63,812 bases of DNA, filler included, from Octopus bimaculoides (GCF_001194135.2; 11 parts of 11 records of this genome joined end to end with filler, not necessarily neighbours in it); one strand, 5' to 3'; shown: positions 37,314-50,120, counted from the whole stretch's first letter. Made by a program: numbers and translations. Notes: generated by a model not told the origin, from the letters alone.

Positions 37314-37654
37314 NNNNNNNNNNNNNNNNNNNNNNNNNNNNNNNNNNNNNNNNNNNNNNNNNNNNNNNNNNNNNNNNNNNNNNNNNNNNNNNNNNNNNNN
37401 NNNNNNNNNNNNNNNNNNNNNNNNNNNNNNNNNNNNNNNNNNNNNNNNNNNNNNNNNNNNNNNNNNNNNNNNNNNNNNNNNNNNNNNNNNNNNNNNNNNN
37501 NNNNNNNNNNNNNNNNNNNNNNNNNNNNNNNNNNNNNNNNNNNNNNNNNNNNNNNNNNNNNNNNNNNNNNNNNNNNNNNNNNNNNNNNNNNNNNNNNNNN
37601 NNNNNNNNNNNNNNNNNNNNNNNNNNNNNNNNNNNNNNNNNNNNNNNNNNNNNN

Positions 37655-37655
37655 N

Positions 37656-37740
<85 letters not shown>

Positions 37741-37752
37741 ATTATTATTATT
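37655..37752. repeat. (TTA)n(TTG)n(TTA)n microsatellite
   Basis: Direct reading; upstream (sense) of the R4 5' fragment but across a 341-N gap. Confidence 0.95.
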
Positions 37753-38049
37753 TATCTCGGTCTTTTTTTTCGATATCATCAACCCAGCCATCTCACATGA
37801 AAAACATGTCTGGCCCTTTGCTTAAATTAAAAATAATTACCAATCAGCTAATTAACTAATTCCTTCAATTAATCAGTAGCTGCTGCGTCAGAACTTCAGC
37901 AGATGAAGAACGCGTCATCGATGGGGTCGGAGCCTGCGACGAAAGGATTAACTGATAAAAATTTTCCAAATAAGAAGAGAAAAAAAAAAGGTTTGATCAA
38001 ATAATCGATTAATTAATTAGGGAATTAATTGAATGATCGGGATAACGAT

Positions 38050-38106
38050 GGTGTGGTGGTGGTGATGATAACGATGGTGATGATGATGGTGATTATTATT
38101 ATTATT

Positions 38107-38163
<57 letters not shown>

Positions 38164-38171
38164 TGGTGGTG

Positions 38172-38203
<32 letters not shown>

Positions 38204-38290
38204 GATGGTGGTCGTGGTGGTGATGATGATGATGATGATAATGATGGTGATGATGATGATGATGGTGATGATGATGCTCATGATAATAGT
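38050..38290. repeat. (GAT)n/(GGT)n microsatellite
   Basis: Direct reading. Confidence 0.95.
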
Positions 38291-38454
38291 GCTACCATTC
38301 TGACGGATGAAGAGGACACAATACAAAGACGTGCAAAATGTATGACTGTTTACATAGGATGGAATGATGAAGGGGAAAAGGAGAGGTTACCCGGGGTACC
38401 CGATGTTAAAGAACGGAAAGACATGAGGTACCTCGTATACATCATTATAGGTGA

Positions 38455-38637
38455 AGGCCGTGGCTGCGTGGTAAGTAGTTTGCTTCTCAGCCACAAGGTT
38501 CCGTGTTCAGTCCCACTGCGTGGCACCGTGGGAAAGTGTCTTCTATTCTAGCCTCGGCCCGACAAAGCTTTGTTGGTGGATTTGGTAGATGGAAACTGAA
38601 AGAAGCCCGTCGTATGTATGTGTGTGTGTGTGTGTGT

Positions 38638-38685
<48 letters not shown>

Positions 38686-38724
38686 TATTTGTGTGTCTGT
38701 ATTTGACCCCCAATATCGCTTGAC
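38455..38724 (+). mobile_element. SINE family B, 5' part
   Basis: TGGCTGCGTGGTAAGTAGTTTGC..GTTCAGTCCCACTGCGTGGCACC..GAAAGAAGCCCGTCG; runs into a gap. Confidence 0.8.
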
Positions 38725-40049
38725 NNNNNNNNNNNNNNNNNNNNNNNNNNNNNNNNNNNNNNNNNNNNNNNNNNNNNNNNNNNNNNNNNNNNNNNNNNNN
38801 NNNNNNNNNNNNNNNNNNNNNNNNNNNNNNNNNNNNNNNNNNNNNNNNNNNNNNNNNNNNNNNNNNNNNNNNNNNNNNNNNNNNNNNNNNNNNNNNNNNN
38901 NNNNNNNNNNNNNNNNNNNNNNNNNNNNNNNNNNNNNNNNNNNNNNNNNNNNNNNNNNNNNNNNNNNNNNNNNNNNNNNNNNNNNNNNNNNNNNNNNNNN
39001 NNNNNNNNNNNNNNNNNNNNNNNNNNNNNNNNNNNNNNNNNNNNNNNNNNNNNNNNNNNNNNNNNNNNNNNNNNNNNNNNNNNNNNNNNNNNNNNNNNNN
39101 NNNNNNNNNNNNNNNNNNNNNNNNNNNNNNNNNNNNNNNNNNNNNNNNNNNNNNNNNNNNNNNNNNNNNNNNNNNNNNNNNNNNNNNNNNNNNNNNNNNN
39201 NNNNNNNNNNNNNNNNNNNNNNNNNNNNNNNNNNNNNNNNNNNNNNNNNNNNNNNNNNNNNNNNNNNNNNNNNNNNNNNNNNNNNNNNNNNNNNNNNNNN
39301 NNNNNNNNNNNNNNNNNNNNNNNNNNNNNNNNNNNNNNNNNNNNNNNNNNNNNNNNNNNNNNNNNNNNNNNNNNNNNNNNNNNNNNNNNNNNNNNNNNNN
39401 NNNNNNNNNNNNNNNNNNNNNNNNNNNNNNNNNNNNNNNNNNNNNNNNNNNNNNNNNNNNNNNNNNNNNNNNNNNNNNNNNTATAGATTTAATGAAAATA
39501 TTAAATGTGGTATTTAAAATGTTTGTGGCACCAGAATTTGGTAGGGCAAAATCCAAAACCAAAATCAAGAGATTTGGTGAATTAAATTTGAAGAAAAGCA
39601 ACAAAAATGTATTAGGTTATAGCAGTACGTACGTTTCGTACAAGCTTCATTTATTTATGTAGTGAGAACACCACATAAGATGTGCAATGAAAATGTACTC
39701 CTCAGCTGCATAATGGAAGTTCATTTCAGAAAGCCATTTTGTAAATGCATCCAAATACAAGAGTAGGAGATGAAGAGAATACCATCTTGACTGGGCTGTT
39801 AATCAACAGTCTAATACGCATGACTATATTCGTATCTAAATGCAAGCATACGTAGAATCAGATGTCCCTCAAATTATCCGACTTCCTTAGCAGTGGATCG
39901 AGACGCAGCGCGTTGAGAAGAGATGAGAACGGGCAGCGCTGTTAGATCGAACGTCCCATACAAAACGAATCTGATAGGTGGCCGTTTACTTTGTCCGTTG
40001 AGCAGGTGTGTGTGTGTGTGTGCATTTCTGCGATCCGACTTCTGAAAGA

Positions 40050-40235
40050 AGGTCCGAAGTCAACGATTGTGTCTGCGTTTGTCCTCCATCCACCATCGCT
40101 TGACAACCGATGTTGGTGCGTTTACGTTCCCGTAACTTAGCGGTTCGGCAAAAGTGTCCGATGGGATAAGTACTAGGCTTACAAAGAGTAAGTCCTGGGG
40201 TTGATTTGTTCGACTAAAGGCGGTGCTCCAGCATG
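40050..40235 (+). mobile_element. SINE family B, 3' part
   Basis: CATCGCTTGACAACCGATG..GGCGGTGCTCCAGCATG. Confidence 0.8.
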
Positions 40236-40335
40236 NNNNNNNNNNNNNNNNNNNNNNNNNNNNNNNNNNNNNNNNNNNNTTAATTAATTAANNNNNNNNN
40301 NNNNNNNNNNNNNNNNNNNNNNNNNNNNNNNNNNN

Positions 40336-40520
40336 ACACACACACACACACACATATAAGACGGGCTTTTTTTCATTTTCCGTCTACTAAGTCCTCTCAC
40401 AAAGCCTTGGTCGACCCGAAGCCATAATAGAAAACATTTGCCTTAGGTGCCATGCAACGGGACTGAATCTGGAACCATGTAGTTGGAAAGTTAGATTCTT
40501 TGCACACAGCCATTCCTTCA
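40336..40520 (-). mobile_element. SINE family B, 5' part
   Basis: GACGGGCTTT..AAAGCCTTGGTCGACCCG..GGGACTGAATCTGGAACCATGT. Confidence 0.75.
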
Positions 40521-40538
40521 CTTATATATATACATATA

Positions 40539-40728
40539 TAACAAACCAGAAAAATGGAATTATTTTGATATTATTTTACTCCATCACACGTGTTTCATTT
40601 GTTAATAGGAATTACAAGGGTGTACATGTTATAGAGTTATGTAACCCTTTGTAATTCCTATTAGCGAATGAAAAACGTGTAATGGAGAAAAAATAATGCC
40701 AAAGTATTTCCATTTTTCTGTTTTGTTA
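40539..40728. mobile_element. Hairpin (foldback) MITE-like element
   Basis: ~82-bp imperfect inverted arms (AACAAACCAGAAAAATGGAA..AATAGGAATTACAAGGG / CCCTTTGTAATTCCTATT..TTCCATTTTTCTGTTTTGTT) around a ~24-bp spacer, starting in a TA tract. Confidence 0.7.
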
Positions 40729-40887
40729 TTCAACAACTCTGCGAATAATATTTCCACAATTCTCAATTTTAATTTTTCTCAATTTACATACAACAGTAAA
40801 TATGTATATGTATATATATATTGATTACAATGATGGAATAAGTAGATGTACTTCAAGAAGAAACAGCCGGGATATACNNNNNNNNNN

Positions 40888-40926
<39 letters not shown>

Positions 40927-41079
40927 TGGGAGAATTTACGAAAAAAACAACAACAGACGAGGACAGGTGGTGTAAACAATATATATATATATGTATATAT
41001 ATATTGATTACAATGATGGAATAAGTAGATGTACTTCAAGAAGAAACAGCCGGGATATACCATAGCTACTTCTAATATA

Positions 41080-41190
41080 CGAGGGAGTGCTGAAAGATTC
41101 CTGGCCTTAAGGGTGTCACGAAACGCCTGGTTGGAGGCCCAACTTTCCAAGTTCTTTTACAAGACATAGAAAAACTGAAGGACCACTGCA
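41080..41190 (+). mobile_element. Mariner-type MITE left end fragment
   Basis: TA|CGAGGGAGTGCTGAAAGATTCCTGGCC; no matching right end found. Confidence 0.45.
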
Positions 41191-42156
41191 ATGTGTGTGA
41201 TATTAGATAAAACCATCCTTTACTGATCCTCTTGTATTTTCTTGGTTATATTTCTACAATTCACAAAATATTTTTACAATTTTCTAAAAACTATTCCTAA
41301 TGATATTTAATTATGAAAATATATAATTTTTTTAAGCATCAAATGGCTAAGTCGTCCATCCGAATAAAATGGGTGTCAAAGGTGTTTCATAGGTGAAAAA
41401 TGGTTGAGAAACACTGGACTAGATGGTCTTCGTCGCATCGACCGACGAATACATGTGTTTCTGTCATGTATATTTGCAGACAAGACGAGGAACATGATCG
41501 TCAACATGGTGAATTTGTTATATTCCGTTGCAACTGTTACAGCTTACGTACTTCTGTATGGATGTGCTTTACGTAGCGTAACGCCGTATAGACACGCAAC
41601 AAGGGGTAGCGTCATATGCAGAAAAGGGCTTTATTTCTCAGCTTTTCAACGCGTTTGCTTGAAGCTACCTAAATCGATCATTAACCTGAGTAACAATTTG
41701 CATGGTGTATGGTAAAAAAAGCAAATATTTCTACTTGTATTGTAGTTGAGTCTCTATGATCTTTGCCTAGAAATAATATAGTTTATATTTCGTGTAATAA
41801 CAGTTGTATTGTAACTACTCCACCTACATTTACATCATACTTCCAATCTTCATTCCGATCACAAAAATGGTATCTGAAAAAGCAAAAAGAAAAAAAAATG
41901 GCTCGAAACTGGGAGGTGTCTAAAACTAGATTAACCATTAGCCGATATGGCGGGAGATAAATTGACTATAACTGATTATTCACTATTTTAATAAATAACT
42001 TATAGTTCTTGTTAACTCTTGCACATCGTAATAATATTTCAAATTTTCTGGAAAATATTACTTAATCGAGATATATATATATATATATTTTTCTTTCTCA
42101 AGCAACAATTCTGTTTACACCGTGAACACCCATCTGTTTTACTTGTTCTCCTTCCC

Positions 42157-42201
<45 letters not shown>

Positions 42202-43044
42202 CCATCACCTGCTTAACAGAATGAGTCATTGTACTAAAAAGAACTGTATGTTGTCTTTACTATATCCTTTTATTATCTTCGTAAATATGTGACCGCGTAT
42301 CAAGCTTCAACAGACAATTTGTCTGTGAAGATAAGATTATCTTGGATTTTTCTAGTCTCTTGTTGCGATAATACAAGTAAGAGCACAATAACTCCCTAGT
42401 TAGGTTATTCAACATGAATACATAACTACGAAACACATTATCCACGTACAGGACTGAAGCCCTCTGTCGAATTACTAATACGTACATCTAGTTACAATGC
42501 AGAATCGTTAGATCGACCGACAAATGCTTTCCGTCATTTATTCTGGTTCTTTGTGTACTGCGTTCAAATCCCGCTGAGCTCAGCTTTGCATTTTATCCTT
42601 CCAGATCAGAAAACAAAATCAAGTATCAAAGCTGAACCTCCCACCACCACCACCAGCACCACCACAACCAGCACCACTCTCTCGTTTGCTCTCTCTCTCG
42701 GAATATCGTTGCCGAGGCTGTGTCAGATTACAGTAGATCATAATTACGATCAGAATACCTTAAAACAGGAAATAAATTACTCTAGATGACTGATAAAATA
42801 ATATATTTTACTATTTAGATATTTATGGATGGGAAATTTCTGTTGTAAGATAGCCAGCGCGAGGGTACCCGAAAGAGGTGTTATCTAGAGAATTATCTAC
42901 GAAAATCTTGATTGTGGATACTTTCATATAATACTGAGCCTCGATCATCATCTTCGACTCTATCGTATACATACAAACATACATACATACACACACGTAC
43001 GTACGTACGTACGTACATACATACATACATACATACATACTATA

Positions 43045-43930
43045 CATGGGTATGTTGCACGGAAGCTTGAAGAAGACAGTAGAATTGACACAAAGCGCAA
43101 CCTCTCTTGGCCACAAGACCACTACATCACATCACACTATGAGGGCTATGTGTTTGCAATCCTGGGACAGATTGCCACAAAATACTTGGTGAACAAGAGA
43201 GACAGTGACGCTCTTGTAATCCCAAGGTGCAACCGCATGTGTTGGCTATGTCATGTTTCTGTGGAAGACATCACGCATGTGATTAGCAGCTGTCCTAAAA
43301 TGTCGTCACGGTACTACCTCCCTATGCGGCACGATGTTGTTGCTACAATAATTTACAATGCCATCCGCAAAAAAGGCTGTCCTGAAATAAGCTTAGAAAA
43401 TTCTTCTGTTATGAAAAGTCATCATGATACTACTTTTCTATGCGGCACGATGTTGTTGCTCCCATCCGCAAAAAAGAGTGTCCTGAAATAAACTTAGAAA
43501 ATCCCTGTTATAGAATACATTCATAAACACCAACTCAACGAATACCGGTGGAATATTCCCATCAAAACTTCTGTCAAAAGTAAACATAACAGGCCTGATA
43601 TTGTTGTTTGGGACAGAGGGAAAAAGGTATGTACCATCATAGAAGTCAGCTGCCCTGCAGATATAAATATCTCTTTGAAAATCAAAGAAAAAGAGGATAT
43701 CTATGAACAACTGCTTCGAAACCTCTAGCTCCTATATCCAGACTATGAATTCATATTCATACCAATAATGATTGGAACACTATGTCTTGTTAGTAAACGC
43801 TTAAAGGAGAATCTGGATAAACTGGGATTTTCAGAAAGAGAAATCGACCGGCTAATTCGTACATTACAAATGCAATGTGTGAGTGGAACAGTAAAAATAT
43901 ACAAGACTTCTCTCAAGTTCCAAATGTGAA
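43045..43930 (+). mobile_element. R4/Dong-like ORF C-terminus (CCHC + RLE), second subfamily
   Basis: SHYEGYVFAI..IATKYL..CWLCHVSVEDITHVISSC..YYLPMRHDVVA..WNIPIKTSVKSKHNRPDIVVWD..IIEVSCPAD..KIKEKEDIY..IPIMIGTL..SGTVKIYKTSLKF. Confidence 0.88.
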
Positions 43931-44291
43931 TTTGTCTGTNNNNNNNNNNNNNNNNNNNNNNNNNNNNNNNNNNNNNNNNNNNNNNNNNNNNNNNNNNNNN
44001 NNNNNNNNNNNNNNNNNNNNNNNNNNNNNNNNNNNNNNNNNNNNNNNNNNNNNNNNNNNNNNNNNNNNNNNNNNNNNNNNNNNNNNNNNNNNNNNNNNNN
44101 NNNNNNNNNNNNNNNNNNNNNNNNNNNNNNNNNNNNNNNNNNNNNNNNNNNNNNNNNNNNNNNNNNNNNNNNNNNNNNNNNNNNNNNNNNNNNNNNNNNN
44201 NNNNNCATATATATATATATATACATACTTACATACATACATACATACATGCATCCATGTATATATATACACGTGCAAGAGCGGCTGTATG

Positions 44292-44350
<59 letters not shown>

Positions 44351-44374
44351 CCTTGTCTTTCTGTCTAAGCTGCT

Positions 44375-45580
44375 TAGTTCGTCTGGAGCGAAACCGCCCT
44401 GGTGTTGATAGCTTCAATCTTATTCCGGCCGTTTAATTTCGACTTAAGGATCAGTCTCAGTCTGCGCTTGAACTCCACCTTAAATTTTTCTGTCATTACT
44501 TTCTTCATCAGTTTATCCATTTCCAATATCCTCAAGTACTTATAGCACGTCTCTTCTATTTGCTTTATAACCTCCTCCCGACGGTATTGCTAGCCCGTCC
44601 ACACATTTGATTTTACCTCTCTTCAAGACTAGCACACCACACTTTTTCAGTCCGAACTCCATTCTGATATCAGCACTGAAAGTATACCCCGTTTCAACGA
44701 GGGAACTGACTTAGGATCTATCTTTACCATAAAGTTTGAGGTCATCCATGAATAACAAGTGGTTGACGTTTTGTTGGCGATTCTTGAATACATACCCAGC
44801 CTTTGCTTTCCTCAGAATCAGTGTTAGTGGTATTAAGCACAGTGCAAAGATCTGTAGGGATAGGCAGTCCCCTTGGAAGATGCCTCTCCTGATTTCTATT
44901 GTCCCTAAATTTCTTCCGTATGCTGTCAGTTCCGTCCTCCACTTCGCCATACTTTTTCCAAGCAATCGCTCAACATTCGATGCAATACCAAATAGGTTCA
45001 TACATTCCATAATCCAAGAATGTGGGATCATATCGTACGTCTTACGATAATCGATCCATGACATGGCGAAGTTAGTTTTTCTCCTCTTGCAGTCTCTAAG
45101 TACAGTTTTGTCTACCAGGAGTTGATCCTTGGTATCTCTGCACTTACGCTTGCAACCCTTCTCCTCATGTGGCAGGACTCCATCTTTTTCCAGATTCCGT
45201 ACATTGACTCTGCGACCATTCCAGTCAATAATTTACACATAAGTGGTAAACTGGATATCGGCCTGTAATTGTCTACCGTATTAACGTTTTCGATGTTTTT
45301 CAAGCACAGTACTGTCCTACCCATTGTCAACCACGCTGGTGTTACTTGGTCGACATTTAACAAGATGTTGAGTTATGCAGCTATTCATGCATGACATTCA
45401 CCAAATCATTTGATTCAGTAGCCTTCAAATCCATCTGGTCCTGGGGCCTTCCAATTGCCCATTTTTTTGTTGATTTCCTTGACTTCCCTAACTGAAATGA
45501 CAAGTTCTGCCTGTTTTGGACAGACTACTGTTTATTTCAGTTCTTGCAACCATTCAGCTTCTTTCTTGCGCTCCTTGTCT
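44375..45580 (-). mobile_element. R4/Dong-like reverse transcriptase fragment
   Basis: [100 protein letters not shown]; frameshifted. Confidence 0.92.
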
Positions 45581-45714
45581 TTATTTATTACGGAATTATA
45601 GCGCGAGCCGACAGAAACATCACCACGCCAGACAAAATGTTCAGTGGCTTTCTTTTCGGCATTAGATTCTGAATCGAAATTTCGCTGACGTCAACATTAC
45701 CCTTTACCTATTAG

Positions 45715-45930
45715 TGCGGTGAGCTTGGAGAATCGTTAGCATGCTGAACAAAACTTTTGGCCGCATGTCTTCCGGCTTTACATTTCTAGTTCAAATTCTG
45801 CTGAAGTCGACTTCACTTTTCATCTTTCCGAAATCGACAGAATAAAGTATCAGTTGATTATCTGGATTGATGTAATCCACTTACCTCTCAAATGTTGGTG
45901 TTTTACCAAAATTTGAAGCCATTATTATTA
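45715..45930 (+). mobile_element. Degenerate family A SINE
   Basis: GCGGTGAGCTTGGAGAATCGTTAGC..AGTTCAAATTCTGCTGAAGTCGACTT..AAAATTTGAAGCCATTATT. Confidence 0.65.
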
Positions 45931-46137
45931 TGTCATGACCTCACAAAATTCTAACGACTGGGTAATACTGTCAGCGAAAAATAAAAAATTAAAAGAATCT
46001 CTCGAAGTTTTCTCTGCCGACGCGATTACACCTCTTTACGTCTAGGACTACTTTGACAATTCCAACCCGACCCCATCACTATTGAAAATATAATTATCGG
46101 GTAAAGTACTGGAGTCAATATTATCAATAATCTAAAG

Positions 46138-46879
46138 CAGTGGTTCTCAACCATATTTTGCCTATGGACCCCTTTGATTCCTATTTTAATCTACCTTCTC
46201 CTCCTAGCCATTCGATATTTGAAAATTCTTACTATATTTTTATAATTAAATATTATTAGGAACTGTATAAAAAATGCTAGTTCTAAAATCTCTGTAAGTA
46301 ATGTTCGTAGCCACTTCAACGGACTTTACTGCGATTTTTTTTAACCCCAAGAGGACATCACCTCCTCTAGCTGGAAGAGAGGCAAAAATAGCCCGAAACC
46401 AGGCTGGTCTACTGGTTCCGTCGCTAGAGGGCGGTAGTGTTCGCTCCCCTGCTTGCTGTATCTCAGATGCAGCTGTGGATCGTTAACCAGCTAGAGGAGT
46501 TAAAAAATATTTTACATATTATCCTTTATCTTTTACTTGTTTCAGTTATTAGACTGCGGGGATACGGGGGCACCGTCTTGAAGGACTTTAGTCGAACAAA
46601 TCTACCATAGTAGTTCCTTCTTTAAAGTCGGGTACTTATTCTATCGGTCTCTTTTGTCGAACCAACACCAGTTGTCAAGCGGTGATGGAGCAAACACAAA
46701 CGACGCGCGCGCACACACACACACAGTGAACTTCTTTCAACGTCCATCTACCAAGTCCACTCACAAGGCTTTGGTCGGCCCGAGGCTATAGTAGGTTTAA
46801 GTTTAGGTTTAGGGTCAGGGTTAGGGTTAGTAACATGCAGGAACTCCAAGAACCATGTGAACCCGGTCAAGAACCACTG
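46138..46879. mobile_element. Non-autonomous hAT (Charlie-like) element with exact 8-bp TSD
   Basis: ATCTAAAG|CAGTGGTTCTCAA ... TCAAGAACCACTG|ATCTAAAG; TSD at 46130-46137 and 46880-46887. Confidence 0.9.
46517..46794 (-). mobile_element. Family B SINE nested inside the hAT element
   Basis: TTTTACTTGTTTCAGTTATT..TACTTATTCTATCGGTCTCTTTTG..CAAGGCTTTGGTCGGCCCGAGGCTATAGTAG. Confidence 0.8.
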
Positions 46880-47389
46880 ATCTAAAGCTGAGTCGAAATA
46901 CTTAGCATTTGAAATTATAGGCTGATCCTCAATTGGAGTAAGATTTTGCAAAGAGAGAAGTATTTCTGTATATTAAAGTGACTCATTTGTCAAAAACAAA
47001 TGTAAACAAATATATACTAATCTTTTATCTTGCAGCACCTTCGCAAACAGTACGTCATTGGAAAAATATCTGAACTAATCAAATAATGCTTATTCAAACC
47101 ACAGTGTGGGTGTTTTAAATAGAAGACTAACAATATGCCAACAAAAATAAACATTTTCCAATTTGTTTTTTCCTTATCGACGTTTAAATTTAGACAAGGC
47201 AAAAACTTTACAAAGGAAGTAAATAAGAATTAATTTTGTAGAACAACCGAATGTTGTTTGCATCAAAGTTCCATAAAGAGAATCTACTGATAGCGATTTA
47301 AAAAGAGAGAAAGAAAAAGAACAAGCAAAAAGAGGAGACGTATTTTATATACTAATGACGAAAATAGTTGAAATAGCTGCAAGATTTAA

Positions 47390-47555
47390 GCTTTATAGTT
47401 TCGTGCGCGCGCGCGCACACTCACACACACACAGTATTAATAAAATACAGAAAAAATATATGGTATTTTATGCTTTATAGTTTCGCTTTCGCGCGCGCAC
47501 ACACACACACACAAACAGTATTAATAAAATATAGAAAAAATATATGGTATTTTAT
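47390..47555. repeat. ~82-bp tandem duplication
   Basis: GCTTTATAGTTTCG..(CG)n(CA)n..AGTATTAATAAAATA(C/T)AGAAAAAATATATGGTATTTTAT twice. Confidence 0.9.
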
Positions 47556-47899
47556 GCTTATAAAGCATACATGCGTTTCACTAAATTAACTGTTAGGATT
47601 ACAACTTCTTGTTGAGATATATAAAGATTAAAAAGACACAATATACTTCAGATCTAGGCGAAATAAAATCGCGCCAGGAGTGAACTCGGGAATAGTAGAT
47701 ACGTATTCCGCTCTTTTTTGCAACCTAACAATGCTGCATGGTAGGGACCCTTTTGAAACGAAATTGAAATCTCTAAACTGAAATGTATACAGATAGAGTA
47801 AAACGTATTTGCTGATTTGCAATGGTGCTGCACAATTAAAATAAATTTAGATTAAGCATATAGAATCCGTTCTGTAATGAAAACATTACCACGAATGCA

Positions 47900-48180
47900 C
47901 TGGGGTCGATGTAATCGACTTAATCCCTTTGTCTGTCCTTGTTTGTCCCCTCTATGTTTAGCCCCTTGTGGGCAATAAAGAAATAAGAAACGTTAGCACG
48001 CCGGGCGAAATGCTTAGCGGTATTTCGTCTGTCTTTACGTTCTAAGTTCAAATTCCGCTGAGGTCGACTTTGCCTTTCATTCTTTCGGGGTCGATAAATT
48101 AAGTACAAGTTGCATACTGGGGTCGATCTAATCGACTGATTCCCTCCTCAAAAATTTCGGGCTTTATGCCTAGAGTAAAA
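47900..48180 (+). mobile_element. Composite family A SINE: 3' piece + AATAAA-bearing tail + near-full copy
   Basis: GGGGTCGATGTAATCGACTT, then TAGCCCCTTGTGGGCAATAAAGAAAT, then AAGAAACGTTAGCACGCCGGG..GCCTAGAGTAAAA. Confidence 0.8.
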
Positions 48181-50120
48181 TATCTCTGACTTGTGGTTGC
48201 TGTGTTAGCCTAAAGGAAAAGTTTATTATTGGTGCCTAATTTTGCCGCCAGAACATTCGAAAATTTTCTGAGGAAAGCATATATGCAGAACCCGAATTTC
48301 AACTCTTTGGGGGACATTTAGCTTTTAACAGCTGGAAGCTACGTGTGTTTTCAGTTTCACGGAAGATAAGACACAATTCTTGCTTCAACTTAAATTACTC
48401 CTGTTTCCTCAAAAAGTTATGTTCTCTTTCTCTGAAAATTATTTCTTGATTCATACATATCATGTATTTATCAATTGTAAATATTGATTTCAAATCTTGG
48501 CACAAGGCCAGCAATTTCGAAAGAGGTCAATTATATAAACTCCAGTACTCGACTGGTACTTATTTTATGGACCTCCGAAAGGATAAAAGCAAACTAGAAC
48601 TCAGCAGTGTATCAACTATAGATATTCTTTTCTACTCTAGGCACAAGGCCCGTATCAACTATAGGTATTGTAAAATGAAATATTAAGTGCTAATTATAAA
48701 ACACGAATGAAGATAATTTCCCTCTTTCTAGATAATCCGCCATTTCAATATCTCGCCATCCTATATTTTGAACTCAATAGTTACATGAAACAGTCAACAG
48801 CTTAACGTAGCACACCTGAAATTAAATGCTTGTACTCTACCTTGTTCAGTAATTCAGCACTTCCTCAATTACTATTACATTATAGTATTATACTTTTATG
48901 AATAACTTGGGTGTTTTAAATTGTTCTAATCAATACGCAGAAGAAAACATCTGATATAATACAATAATCGAATTAGATAGCTATAGTAAATAAGAAGTCT
49001 TAATTCATGACAACTGCTAGTGAATTAACTAGCATCAAAAATTAAGTCTTATTCTATTTCTCAATTTCGATGCATTTAACTCATTATAGAATAATTGATC
49101 TTAATTATTATTTTTAGTCGGGTGTACAAATTAGATTATTACCAATATATCATACACACTGTGATGCCAGCAATTTCCACTAAATCAATCCGAATCTTTA
49201 AACAGATAGGAAATGTTTTATTGAGAACAGTTTCCAAGCCATTAACCTTGTGGCATAGTAATTTAACCTTATGCACTTAAGTAAAATACAACACGAATAA
49301 TATTTTGAATTAATCCTTTTACATTTTCAACTTTAGACAATAGAAGCATATTCACATTATATTGCGGTTGTATATCAGGAAAGAATATTTAATTGGAACA
49401 TCTTAGTGAATTCGTATAATACTGTACCACTTAGATTTTGTGTCTTCAGGTTTCATTTATTATCAAACGAAATCAGGATCTTTATTCAAATCTGCCACAT
49501 AATTCGTTATATCTAAGCCGTCGTCTTTCAGTATTAACCTTATTAGTGTCTCAATCACATCGGCAAAGAAGTAAATATTTTGCTTTGGGTAATATAATGA
49601 ATAGTGGAAACCTTGTATTCATTTCGGTTTCACCCCTACTTCTATATATATTGGTCCTTCAAATATATTGTCGGATACATTAAGAAATATTTATAATTTG
49701 ATAAAATAGCTAGATTTTTAGTCAAGGCCTCTATATAATGTATGCTGAAGACATCAGATGAATTTAATCAGGCCCTACACAACTTGCATAACACATACTC
49801 TACCGACAGTATCACCACCTTGTAGTATAGTGCAACATACTCAACCATACTCTACTCAGTCAACACCCAACACTGAGGCACATGATACAAACTCATTCAC
49901 AACGTCTGAATCTCAACCACTACCGAACAAATTGACACAAAACACATTGTACATATTCTGCACAATAGATAAAACACTAAAGTAACGCCGCGAGCCGTAA
50001 AACAGAGCTCTCAACAAAGTAAATTTCGTGTAAAACAATTCTATATTCTACAAACAACGTTGGACACATCTCAGAAATATATCTCCTAAAAATGAGATTT
50101 TAGTATTTATCTTGCTACAT

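Noticed and set aside
46795-46827. Telomeric TTAGGG repeats
   Set aside because: Only about four degenerate units inside a MITE; not a telomere or fusion scar.
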